DNA from: Vitrella brassicaformis CCMP3155
Taxonomy: Eukaryota; Protista; Chromerida
Direction: 5' to 3'
Assembly: GCA_001179505.1 (NCBI GenBank)
Contig: CDMY01000478.1
Coordinates: 5,067-69,066 of the forward strand
Length of the DNA: 64,000 nucleotides
The position numbers and the translations under genes were made by a program. Of this stretch, positions 34,573 through 46,692 are shown piece by piece. The first letter of the stretch is position 1; each line of letters begins with the position of its first letter. The notes beneath the pieces were generated by a model. That model was not told the DNA's origin and made no database searches. It saw nothing but the letters and a program-made list of their open reading frames with translations.

Positions 34573-35575
34573 ATGATGACGATGAAGGACGACGCCCAGG
34601 AGAGGGCCGGTGAGACCGAGCTTGAGAAGCTCGAGAAGATGGTTAGACGTGACCGCGAGCTGGCAGCAGGTGAGCCTCGCTCAATCGCATGCCAAATTTG
34701 TTGCATACACGCAGAGGGGGGGCACAGGTAGCTGGGCAGATGGGCAGTTAGCTACGTGGGAGCGCTGCGTGTGTGTGACGGCACTGCACACATGGTTGGC
34801 CTCAATTGGTGTTGGTTCTGTGGGTCTGGTGTTGCAGAGCTGGCCCGTTACGACCGCCGGCAGCTGCTGGAGCTGTGGACGGAGAAGGAGCACCTGCAGG
34901 GTAGGCCCCAACACCAGCATACCTCCCTGTCAGTCGCGGTCAGTTGTTTATTGACGAGTGGCTGTGTGTGGTCCGCGGCGTGCAGGGCTTGTGAATAAGT
35001 GGCGGGAGAGGCAGCAGGCCGACGCAGAGAGGCTGAATAAGGCGCTCAACAACATGGAGAAGGCCAAATCGAACCAGGTGCGTACACGAATGTGCGTCGT
35101 CGGCATGTACGCACGGCACGGCACGGCACTGCCTCCGTGCTTGTGTGCTTGTGTGTGATGTGGATGCAGAACATACTCGTCGCCGCTGCCGCCAAACTGG
35201 AGGTCAGAGGCTGAGCCCCCCTCTCCCCCCACTCACACACACATAAGCACAGAGAGAGATACCTGTCTTGTCCCTTTCTGCGTCTCACAGGAGAAGAAGG
35301 AGGAGCTGGAGAAGGAAAACGCCTCGCTGAAGGCCACGGTAGCCAAGCTGCAGCAGGTACACATGCATACTCCACAGACAGCTCAAAGCACACAGAGAGG
35401 AGCATCCATGCGCACACACCCAACACACATGTGCTTTGTTCGTTCGTGTTGCACATATCAGCAACTAGAGGCGGTGACCAGCCCAGCCCAGCCGTCCACG
35501 GCGTCGGGCAGCCCGGCCTCAGCGTCGGCTTCCCCGTCACTCTCAGGTTGCAGCTGTTCCGTCGCACAGCACTGA
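34573..35575 (+). CDS. Small multi-exon coiled-coil protein
   Basis: MMTMKDDAQERAGETELEKLEKMVRRDRELAA|ELARYDRRQLLELWTEKEHLQ|GLVNKWRERQQADAERLNKALNNMEKAKSNQ|..|EKKEELEKENASLKATVAKLQQ|QLEAVTSP..*. Heptad-rich. Confidence 0.65.
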
Positions 35576-35664
35576 GAACCCCCTTTTCCCGTCATCGGCC
35601 CCGCACCGGACTCGCCCCACGAGTCCCTCTCGCTGCTAGAAGAGACATCAAGGCGATCAGCCTA

Positions 35665-36922
35665 AAGAGGAGGAGGAGAAGGTATGGGTGTTGTTCCCTC
35701 CATGTCCTTATCTGTCTCTGCTGCCATGTCTCTGTGTGTGTTTTGTGTCTTCAGCCGCAGTGTATCGCTGCCTTCATTTTATATCTGTGGACATATTTGC
35801 TTCACTTCTTCGGATGGGTCTCTGTTCTGCGAGGATTTTGATGCAGAGCGTACCTCCGCGCAGAGGAGGCCGATAGAAAAGCTGGTAAGAAAGATACTTT
35901 CGCGAAACACATTTTCTTCCTTCCCTTTCCCGGCGGCCGAGAAGGCACGCAAGTAAGGCAGAATAGAGAGGAAAAAGCACATAATTGCACATGTCCTTTA
36001 TTTGCTTTATTCTGCCTCGGAAACAATGTGTGCTGCTGTCCTTTCAGTACCTCGCTGATGGACACCCTGACGTCGCCCTACTGGAGATACAGGACGATGA
36101 CACCGTCCGCGGCACAGCCCCGGCCCAGATCGCAGCCGACAATGGTGGGTGGCGTCGAGTGCATCTTACGATACCATTTGCGTGCCTTCGCTGCTTCTGT
36201 TGGCGCAGCTAGGGCGTCTGCGGTGTGCCTGCAAGATGCTGGGGGTGTCTGAGTGGGACAACAAGACGCTGGTCCGCCACGCCTACCACAAAGGCCCTGC
36301 AGCACCACCCCGACAAAGGCGGCACCAAGAGGGCTTCCAGCGGCTCAAGAGGGCGTACGAGCTGGTGCATGCAGCGCCGCCATCGCCCAAGAGCTGTGAG
36401 GAGGGCGAGGCCACGGGTGCGTGCCTCGACAGGCTGAGTGGTCTGTGCCCTTAGTGCGCCAAGATGTACCAGGTGCGTGCATTGCGTTTGTGAGAAAGTC
36501 ATGTCTCTCTCACCTGATGTTTCCTCCATGGGTCGTCTTCTCGTCAGGCCGAGATGGAGGCGGCGTTGAGGGAGATGACGTGGGAGGCCGAGGCCAAGGC
36601 GGCAGTGGCAGAGGAGGAGGCCCACGCCGCGACCACCCCCGCCGCCACGGTCAGCAGCCGCCCCTCCTTTCACACCGACCAGAGGCCGCCCGTCACCAGC
36701 AGGGGGGAGGGGCTCTGGAGCCGCTGGTTTCCAGACCCCTTCTGCACCTGCTGCGGCTTTCCAAGAGGACGACTAACCTGAGGAAGAGGTATGGGCGTCG
36801 GAAGATACTGCTTCTTTGACCGATGTCTCTGTCTCTGCTGCCGTGTCTCTGTGTGTTTTGTGTCTTCAGCCGCAGTGTATCGCTGCCTTCATTTTATATC
36901 CGTGGACATTCTTATTTCACTT
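35665..36922. repeat. Diverged ~135 bp direct repeats (about 35665-35810 and 36785-36922)
   Basis: Both copies have gag|gtatggg... and the core tgtctctgctgccrtgtctctgtgtg..ttttgtgtcttcagccgcagtgtatcgctgccttcattttatatcygtggacat. Confidence 0.85.
36047..36781 (+). pseudogene. Frameshifted J-domain (DnaJ-like) gene
   Basis: CKMLGVSEWDNKTLVRHAYHK / ALQHHPDKGGTK / EGFQRLKRAYELV. The HPD (36306-36314) is out of frame with both flanks. A further frame break lies just upstream of CKMLG. Confidence 0.8.
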
Positions 36923-37169
36923 CAGCGGCGCTGGATTCCCTACAGCAAGGAAAGCGACAGGTTAGAAAAGAAGACCGGAGGCATGGAGACAGGTCGATGA
37001 AACAAACACATTCTCTGTCCGTCAGCTTGCCTTCATCCCTCTGCTATAGTCATTGCCTTTATCCCTCTGCTGGTCGACTACAGCCGAATTCAGCTCATTT
37101 GATAAATTCTCAGCTGACACCAGCCCATCAAAGCTCTAACAGGTCCTGTGGGTTGCTGCCTGCCTTGTC

Positions 37170-38850
37170 TGCAGGTCCCACCTCCATGAGGTCGGCTGGC
37201 AGGACTCGGAGGTCAGCGAGTCAGAGACGAAAAGCCTCAGCGAGTGCGCCCGCCAACTCAACATACTGCACGGCCTACTGGACAAGTACTGGAGGAGCTG
37301 GCGGACACTGGCGGCAGACCGGACCCTGACTCAATCAGAAGGAAGTACTCTATCGCCAGTGAGTTGCGCGTACACACAGAGAAGGGAGGTGGATGCATCA
37401 TCCCTCCACGGTGACATTTGTTTTCTCTTGGTGTGCAGCTGGAAGTGTAGGTGGCCGAGATCCTCAAACGGCGAGCAGCACGTCAGCAACAAGCCGACCA
37501 GTATCATCAGCCTCCTGACCGTGTTGGCCATCCCGATGGTGGTCAAGATCGACCCTCTCCACGATGTGGCCGACCCCCTGAATGAGAAACACTATCCAAA
37601 AATATGAGGGGTGCGTTGAGGGCCCGCAGCGGGGCAATCGCCACAGATGAATACTCGGAGGATGCACTTATCTTGGCTGTCTATCTGTCTATGTGTCTGT
37701 CTGCCTGTCGGTGCTGTGTTCAATTGTATCTGCAGATCAGCAGTCAGGACTGGAGGTTCTCGAAGTACGAGAACCCTCGTCTTCCAGAAAGTCAGAGTCC
37801 CAAACTCGTTCATGCGGGCCTTCTTCCGCCACCTGCCCCTGGGCGAGGCGCCCCCTGCGCCAACAAACAAGAGCCACCAAGTTAAGCGCCGACACAAGGA
37901 CAAGATGGCCCAGTTGGAGCAGGTCTTGAACGAGGTCCGTCGTGGCGTGAGGCAGAATTCGGACCAGCTCAAGGCGGGCGATGTGCAGATCGTCGAGCCA
38001 GAGGAGCTGTCACAAGGTCAGGGAGACAAGAAATGAATGCGATATGTGACAGGCAGGTTACTGAATGGTTGGACGTGTATAGTACTCTGTCCATGTGTCT
38101 GTGTGACAGGTGCTGGTGGTGCCATGAATTGGGTGGAGTTGTCGCCTGCGCCGACCGTGGGGCAGCAGCGAATGTCCCTGCCCTCCAACGCTCAGCAGCA
38201 GCGAGAGCCGTCGGCCCCCCGCCTCACAGGAGGGGTGGTTCCTCCGCGAGTCCGCTGGCCACCCCGAGTGGCTGTATGAGCGGCACTTCGCCGGCCCCGT
38301 GAGGCAGGAAGCCCACAAGATGCGCACGGCCGCCAACTCTCACATGGCCATGGCGGTCAGCGATCTGCAGAGGGTGGCAACGGAGGGGAGCGCCATGCAG
38401 ATAATATATGGCTGCTGAGGGCGGTGGAGAAGCGGCTCCGGTGGGAGGAGGAGAGAGGGGCCGGAGGCGACGAGGAGGCCAAGAAGGACCTGGCCATGGC
38501 ACAGGCCCTGATAAGGTGGGGGATGGACCCGTGTGAGGAGGAGAGGGAAGTCACAGACGCCATCATCAAGTGAGAAGAAACACACACGGCTTGCATCGGC
38601 TCTTTGCGCGCTGTCCATACCAAAGATGTGTCTGTTTGCGCGTTGTCCGCTGTTCCCTCGCAGGCGTTGCCGGGCATTCGTGTAAGGGCGAGGGGCTGAT
38701 GGCATCGCACAGAGGAGATAGGGGGGCGGGTGCTGTATGGATATTGTGATGAGGTTTGGAGGCTCGAGCGTCTGAAGGGCGCCCAGCAGCTGACTTGCGG
38801 TCGGGCGCTGATCCCATGGCAATATCGGCAAGACCGAGACAGCCTCGTGA
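37170..38850 (+). pseudogene. Degenerate multi-exon gene of unknown function
   Basis: GC3-biased coding segments with GT-AG boundaries repeatedly switch frame or hit stops (LEV*VAEILKR; EKHYPKI*; MQIIYGC*). Intervening blocks read well, e.g. FQKVRVPNSFMRAFFRHLPLGE..AQLEQVLNEVRRG and WFLRESAGHPEWLYERHFAGPVRQEAHK. Confidence 0.5.
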
Positions 38851-40070
38851 GTGAGCTGTGGATAAAGCATAGGATGTTTGCTATTGTATGTCTCTGTTTG
38901 TCGGCATTGTTTGTGTCTTCATGCAGCCCCATCACATCGCTGTTTGCATTTTATATTCGTCGTTGGTTGCTGAGTTGTGTCCGCCAGCTGTGATGAGGTG
39001 CGTGCCGTGACCAAAACGATAGGCTGAGGGACTCACTCGTCGGTCAAATGAGCTCGATGACCAGTACACGTGCACGGTCGTTCAGCAATGCAGACACATG
39101 TGTCCACAACACGTCTATGCGCCCGTACACACATACATCCTTGATACACACAGACATGAGAAAGCCATAACACGTCATGCCACCGTTCACTCCCCCAGGA
39201 TCACACCCATCTGGGTGGCGACGCGATTCATGTTCTGAATCTTGACAGCGCTTCCCTCAGTCTCTCTGATATGGCCGGTCGTCAGAAACAATTAACGTGC
39301 GAGCCGTTGGCCCCTCAGCCCATCAATGTCCAAGGCCAACACAGGTCTTACATTAGGATTGGCAATTTGCCACTGTAACTGATTTGGACCTCCTCTGCGC
39401 ATACGCACGAACGGATGAATCGATTTCTTTTCTGGTGAGCCCAGGGCGCCGCAGACGTCATTGATTACCCTGCGGAGGCCTCAGAATCAGCAAAGGGCCT
39501 CATCTTCCCGGCGGCATTGGCGAGCTCAGATCGCGGAGGACAAACGCGGCTCCTCGCGACGTGACTGTCGATGAAGGAAGATGAAGGAAGGCCTCCTGAA
39601 GTGCTGCAAGTCTCCTCTCCTGAAGATCCTGCTCCTCCCTCCTCATCTCGCGGCGTCCGCTGCGCAACCTCGGGAGGCTTGTTCACTGCCAAGGCCGCCG
39701 TGCCCCACCCACATCGATGTGAGCCGCAATGGCATCCCTCCCAACGCCGACGCTGCAGCGCGGACACCCGCCACGTGAAGATTCTATGAGTGTGTGGGAC
39801 ACTCGAGCACCCACCAGCCACTGCCAGGGCTGAAATGACGGAAGGTACACACACACGACACGATCAGAGAAAGAGAGGGGGAAGCGGATGGTCTGAGGTC
39901 TGTTCTGCTATGTGGTGTCTGTTGTGCGAGGCAGTAGGGCATTCGCCACACAGACGGAGGGAAGGAGTCCCATTGCGACGGCCATCCTTCCTCGTGTGGA
40001 CATGACTACAAGCGAGTGCACTCACCGCTTTCTCATTCTGTGCGGTGCGACTGTGTCGGTGTGTGTTCAG

Positions 40071-40911
40071 GTGCCGCTTTCCGTCTGCTCGATGATCCAT
40101 AGCGAAGCGAGGAGCGTGCTACGCCATCCCACCGCCACCGTCACAGATGACCTCTTCATGGCCTCCGTCGACCAACTCTTCGTGCTGGTGAGGAATGACT
40201 CGGCAGCCTCGAGTGAGTGTGAATGTAAGTGTGCGTGTGTGTGCGCGGCTGTAGGTCAGAGAGGTGAGGGAGGCAGCCTCGGCCGTCGTCAGCCGCCATG
40301 AAGCAGGCAGGATGTTCGACTCGTTCCGGTCCGCGGGCACGCGGCTTTGCGCATCTGTACACATACACGTGTGTACACACATATACATACATATGTGTGT
40401 GTGTATGTGTACAGGTTTGGGTGTCGGCGGCTCTGCAGAGGGCAGAGAGAGGCGGCTGATTCGATTGTGTCGCAATGGCCGACAGAGACAGAGAAAATCA
40501 AAAGTTCAACTCGTACGTCAAAGGCCCGCTGACGACTGTCATGAAGGGAGCGCTGTCCACAGCCGGCGCATCTACCACTTTGGCCCGCACCATACCGTCG
40601 GCTTCCGAGCTGACGATCAATCGGGTCGAGAGGGAGATCGAGACACTCAAGGCCACACTGACTCGCCAGGTGACTGACAGGCAGACACTCACCACTGAGG
40701 CAATGACTGATTGATTAATGAATCACTGTGAGTGAATCAGGTACTCAGCAGCGTGGAGCGACAGTCCGTCATCGCCATGAAGAAGAATCTTGACGACATC
40801 CGCACGGCCGCCTCCACCAACCGAGATGCGCTCCGCCACCTCACGCCAGTGCAGAAGACGCACCTGGTGGCGATGATCGACAGCGCAAGGCCGTCCATCG
40901 AGACAAAGTAG
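40071..40911 (+). CDS. Hypothetical protein, 3' exons (5' end unclear, possibly from ~39570)
   Basis: Exons VPLSVCSMIHSEARSVLRHP.., ..NRVEREIETLKATLTRQ|VLSSVERQSVIAMKKNLDDIRTAASTNRDALRHL..SIETK*. Confidence 0.5.
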
Positions 40912-41069
40912 GTGCGCACGGCACTGACCTGCCAGAGAGAGAAAATCACTCACTCACCTGCGTGTGTTGAATGCATTGGATGGACCAGGATGAACAAGCT
41001 GCTGCCGCAGGGGCGCGAGTGAGTCACTGAGTGAGTGACTGAGTGAGTGACAGGCGGACACAAAGGTGA

Positions 41070-42470
41070 GAGGCTGTGCGGACGGCTCTGCACGACGTGG
41101 AGGTGCTTGAGGTAGTCTGACTCGTTCTTTCTTTTTGTATCTCTCTGTGCCTGCGACCGCCTGCCTGTCTCTGTCCGGATGCTTTCATGTTTTGAACGTG
41201 TGAATGTCTGTTTTGAGACCGACAGACACATTCGTTATTGGTTCATTCACACAGTCGAAGGCAAACACACAGTCGAAGGCCACGATCAGCAGGGCACTCA
41301 TCCACACACATACCAAACACAAGAACGACACGCACACAGCCACGTGGAAAAGTGTGTGTGTGTGCGCCTGGGAGGGCTGAAGTGGCCACCAGGGCGGCAA
41401 CGTCACTCGCGTGAGCAGCAGCAGTATGGTTGCCTGGCGAGATTATCAGATGCGACAGTGGACATGGATGCAGCGACGATGGAGATCATCATCCAGGCAC
41501 CTGCACACACACACACACAGATGGATGGATGGGTGGCTTGTGTGTGTGTGTGCTGACCGAGGAGAGGCGGGAACTCGTTGGTGAACATCTTCAGCGGGCC
41601 ATTCTGCACACAGAGATACGAACACCGGATCAAACACCCACTCGGCGAGGGAAGCAGCACCTTCCTGCACACCATCATCCATACACACACACACACACAC
41701 ATGCGCGTTGACGTGTGTGCATTGAGACATCGGTCAGTGGCGTACTGTGATGGTGCCCTCAGGGTTCAGCACACGCATACACGCACACACACAGACCCCG
41801 CTCATCATCCACACACTCGCGTACCTGCAGGGCGTGTGGCCCGTACGGAGTTTCCGCGCCGTTCTGCCGACGAACGACCAAAAGAGACCCAACACGATCG
41901 TCGCGATACCTGCAGCACAGGCACACACACACGAACACACAGAAATGGGCACATGGCAGGCACACAAGCATATTGCGTGTGCATCATTCACATGTACCTG
42001 GAAGTCGAGGGCCATAAGGTTGCCGAACGCCAGCACGAAGATCGTGCTCCAATTCGGTTCGGCGTTGGCGAAAGTCGCCTGAATGCACACATGCAGACAC
42101 CACACACACTCATGTGAGCGCCACGCATATCCCATCCATCCATTTGTGCACTCGCTGCTGCGTACGTAGGCGTCTAGAGAGTCTCTCATCCCGCCTCAGA
42201 CGATGGGCGTGTCGCCACAACGATACGCGGGGCCCTTGTCAGGGCCTGCATCGGCACCCAGACAGAGGGGCGTGAAGCGGCACTGCCTCCGCCTCCCATT
42301 GCTGTGGGTGCCTGTCTGCACACAGACAGACAAGACACAGAAGAGCACGAGATGCAGACAGATGTCTCCTTTCCTCCTCACTGTATCCATCTATCCCCAC
42401 CAGCTCACCTCTTTCTCGGTTGTCGTCTCGCAACTAGATCCCTCAAGCAACGCCTCTCCGAACGCTCACT
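41070..42470 (-). CDS. Possible multi-exon membrane protein
   Basis: Short hydrophobic exon-like blocks with GT-AG ends: ATFANAEPNWSTIFVLAFGNLMALDFQ, GIATIVLGLFWSFVGR, GAWMMISIVAASMSTVASDNLAR. Phases not fully reconciled. Confidence 0.35.
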
Positions 42471-43153
42471 CGGTCTGATGTCACACACAACCAACGGGGG
42501 AAAACCACGTGCACTCACCAGGTCCACTCACTCACAATCACAGGAGATCTGTGCGCGCCTGTGTTGTCACCTTGCCGATCTCCAATCGCACGATAGCGAC
42601 GACCCACGGACGCAGTCTGTCTCAGATCTGTACAAGGTCAATGAACAGAAGAGCATCCACCGTTGCCTTCATGTCAAGCGCATTCCATCCCTTTCTGTGG
42701 GGTTCATCCAGCGCTTACCACAGCCGGCTGTGCGTGGCAGGGGGAGTTGAGTGATGATTGATGGGCCTCAGAGAGATCTCAGCAAACCCTGCAGCCCGTA
42801 ACCCTGCAGCCCATAACCCTGCACCCCATAAACCCTTGACCCGACGATTGCATTTGCTTTGGCGGAGGGCCGCTATCGCGTGATTGAGAAACCGTTGTGC
42901 TCGTGAGCATGCGTGAGTGCTGTGATTAGCGCATTTCGATCAGCAGCCTCAGCCAAGAGGGCCTCTCGCCGGTAAGCCATGGCGATGGATGGATGGGTGG
43001 ATGACCCCCTCATGGACACGCACACACGCGCGACTCGTGGCTTGACGGATGGCGTGTGTGCTGCAGGTGGGCAGCAGACAGAAACGACCGCATCTCCCAT
43101 CCATCAGTAACACAAGAGTGAAGTCTGCTGCTTGCTTCACTCGGTGACGGAGG

Positions 43154-45300
43154 ATGTCTGACACTGCTGCTGCTGGAGATGACGGCCGTCAGGTGAGGCT
43201 GCAGCCATGAAGGGGGTCATGGTGATGTCAGCTCATCGTTCACTCTTCTGTGTGTGTGTGAGATAACAGGCCACATCTGCCGCTGCTGCAAGCGATGAGG
43301 ATCAGCGACGCCCAGAGAGGGAGAGGAAACTCAGGCAAACCATCGCAGACACGGTAGAGCAAATGACTCAGACAGGCTGAATGAAGCACTGACTCACTCG
43401 CTGTCGCTCTTCTGTGTGTCTTTGCCTTTGTGCAGCCTGGTCTTGTCAACTGCATCACGGCCTTTCTGCCCCTGTATCTGCTCGGCCTGCTGTCGACCAC
43501 GGCCTGGGACCCCACAGCGCCCACACACAGCCACCTCACCATCGACAGCACCAACAGCAACGAGCGGTCGGTGTGGCAGCGGGTCCCTCTCGCTCTCGGC
43601 ACCCAATGGGCCAACAAACTCACTCGGCTGACGACAATTACGTTGCGCTATCCCGTCGGCGCGGCTCTGTGGTGCATCGACGTCTTTATCACCGTGATCG
43701 AGGGCCATGTTGCCGGCCGGCGGGCTGCCAATATGAATGGCGGCACCCTGCGCACCATCACATTGGAAGGCGTGAGATTGGCTGAGAGGGAGATGAGTAC
43801 CGTCGGCCGACCACAGCAGCTACCCCCTGACCAGATCCCGCCTCTCGTCCCGCCTCCATCCCTTGATGCACTCACGACCATCACTGGCCTCCTCGACGAT
43901 CATCACGACCTGGCTGACAGAGGCTGGCGGATGCCGTCACTCGAGACAGTGGAGCATCACCGGTGGGGGGCCGATAAGCTGGGCCGCCTCATCTGCTCGT
44001 CAGAGTCGCTGCAGCTCATTTGTGGGGATCTGCCGGCGGCCGAGGAGTGGGCCAGTGTGTTCGAGCGCATGCCCGAGGCAGCTGCTGGGCAGCGGGGGCC
44101 CCTTGCAGGTCTGCGGAGTATCGGCACTATCGATCTGGGCTTCGATGCTGACCGGGCGCGGGCAGCGGTGGACAGACTGCAGGTAACTTACCACCAATGG
44201 ATGCACGTGTCAGCGAGGTGTTAACGGTGATCTCACCATGGGTGTGTGCTGTAGGTGGCGCTCACGTCACGTGGCTGCCGCCGGTCGCTCACTCAGCTGG
44301 TGGTGTCGATGAGCGATTGGATCATCGACAGTCGTGTCCTTCCCCTGTTGCAGTCCCTCGACTCGCTACACAACACGTGCTGCCGACCCGAAGCCGAAGT
44401 CGCCGTCGAGTACCTTGATGCTTACTTTTTCGACCTGTCGTTCTTCTACAGCGACGATTTTCCCACCAACCCCTCCCCCCTCTTCAAGACGGCCATCCAG
44501 GCGGCCGCACGGAAGGTAGACGAGGTGAGGTATGTCATCAGCCAGCATGACCTCACCCACCCCGTCGACAGCCCCAGCCAGGCGGCCATCGACCTCGCCA
44601 AGACACTCACATTCGACAAGGTGGAGGACGTGTGGGTCAACGACGCCGATGGCTTCATCCCCCCTCCCAACGCCCCCTCACCGCAGCCCACCATCATCAC
44701 ACACCTGCAGCAGTTCCCAAGGGCCACATGCTTGGAGGTCAACAGCGGTGTGGGCAGTGCTGCGGGTCGGCTGATGGCAGAGAAGATGCCCAGGGTGGTC
44801 GAGTGGTTGGAGTTCAACTCAGCTGTGAGTGGAGAGGACAGAAGGGCCGTGTTGGAGGCGGTGGGGGCGAGGAGGGAGGTCGACACTGTCGAGGTCGATG
44901 AGGTCAGTCTCGCTGAGGGCGCATTGGACGGCTGGCAATCGGACTGCTGCCCATCGATTCACAACCTAGTCATGCATCTGTCAGCTACCCAATGGATTCC
45001 AATAAACACTTCTGGCTGGCTCATTTTATGTGTGCATTGCTGCCGTCTGTGTGCTGTCATTCAGTGCCCGATGGTTTGGAGGCCTCTGCGGCTGCCGAGC
45101 TCATCCGCGACGGCGTCTCATCAATCGTGGGTGGCGTCCGAGGCCTAAGGCGTTTGACGCTGACATTGCGGTGCGGTAAAGCCGTTCGCGGCGCCATTGC
45201 GCTGCTGCTTCCAGACGGCACAGAGGTCGGTGACAACTTCACCACCACCACAAGTCACCGCACCGTCTTCATTCGCCTGGACGTAACTCGTCGCTCTTAG
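43154..45300 (+). CDS. Lineage-specific (Vitrella-type) F-box-like/LRR-like family protein
   Basis: RKLRQTIADT|PGLVNCITAFLPLYLLGLLS..HSHLTIDSTNSNERSVWQRVPLALGTQWANKLTRLTTITLRYP..WCIDVFITVIEGHVAGRRAA..GPLAGLRSIG..RLQ|VALTSRGCRRSLTQL..PDGTEVGDNF..VTRRS*. Paralogous to 4392-7300. Possible frame break in the short second exon (~43300). Confidence 0.75.
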
Positions 45301-46692
45301 AGGGTGAGAACAGGCAGAGCAATGAATCATTGCCTTCACATAACGTGTGTGTGTTGATGTGTTTTCCAGGCTGTGTGTCGAGAGCATACGACATGACACA
45401 ACAGCATCCTACCGTAGCACTCACACCCCGTAGAAAGAGAGGGAGGGAGGGAGGGTGTAACGGATGGATGGACGGAGACCTGGTATGCCATTGTATACCT
45501 GGCGGCTGTCTTTGCCCATGACTGCGGTGGACAAGTGTGCGCCTCAGTCATTCCGCCGCCCCTCTGGTCGGCAACTGCTTGAGCAGTTGTGTCACACGTA
45601 TGCTATCATCGGGGTTGTGATTGTGTGTTGGTGGTGCTGAAGGGCTGCCTATCGCTGCCATGCTGGTGCGTGTGTGTGTGTGTGTGTGTGGGCGTGTGGG
45701 CGTGTGTGGGCGTGTGGGTGGCTCGTCGGGCTGTCTGCCCGAGCGCACACATGAAGACACCACGTTACGCAGCTTTACTGCTGACTGCCTGGCGGGCGGG
45801 GTGTCTGAATGGTTGCTGCTGTGTGCCGGCTGACGCGGCCCATCCCACCACACACACACACACACACACACACGGGGCACAATACAAACATCAACCCTCA
45901 CATCAAGAGGCAGGTAGGTTGCGCTTGGTGTGCCCCCACCCCCACTCAAGCTGCTGCCATGTCCCTTAGTGCGTGTCTGTGTCTGAGCGTCCGCACGTGG
46001 CTCGTGGGTGGACTGATGGACCCGTTTATCGACTGGCTGACTTCCATCTGTGTCTGCGTGTGTGTGCGTCGGTCTCTGTGTTAGTGTGAAGCTGTGTGAA
46101 GTTCCATCGCGAAGCCATTCATCGCGTCATCCAGCCATCCATTATCTCACGGCTATGCAGTCTCTGTTGACACACGCAGTCGAGAAGCGTCCACCCACAC
46201 ACCTCACACTGACACACACACAGCACGACCCTTTGTTTGGTGAGTTCATGGCTGATCGATGGCCCAGAGGTGCAGCTGTGCACCTGCACACCGTCGCCAA
46301 GAACGATCTCCACCCAGCAAACAGAGTCAACACAGCGGGCCAGCATGCATCTGTCTGTCTGTCTGTGCTACGTGGCTTGGCTTGTCGGCTGTGTGCCCTG
46401 TGTGCCCTCTGCGTACCATTCCTCAACACCCCACCCTCGACCCACAGAGAGAGACAGAGAGAGGGAGAGAGAGTGAGGTGGGCGGCCGGGAAGGAGAGAG
46501 CACGTCTCTAAGAGACAGACATACGAGGTCTCCATCCATCCATCCGCCAAGTAGCCATGCGACACATACGTACAAACACGATAGGTACGGTGTTGTTGTC
46601 TCATGGCTGCATAGACACACAGCCTGGAACACAACAACACACACAGTATGAGGGCGATGGACGCATGGGGCTGCCTCTTCCCGCCTCACCCT

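Noticed and set aside
41070-42470. VIT1/CCC1 vacuolar iron transporter assignment
   Set aside because: The resemblance (IFVLAFGNLMA) is loose, the expected SM(G/A)xGxY motif is missing, and exon phases were not reconciled.
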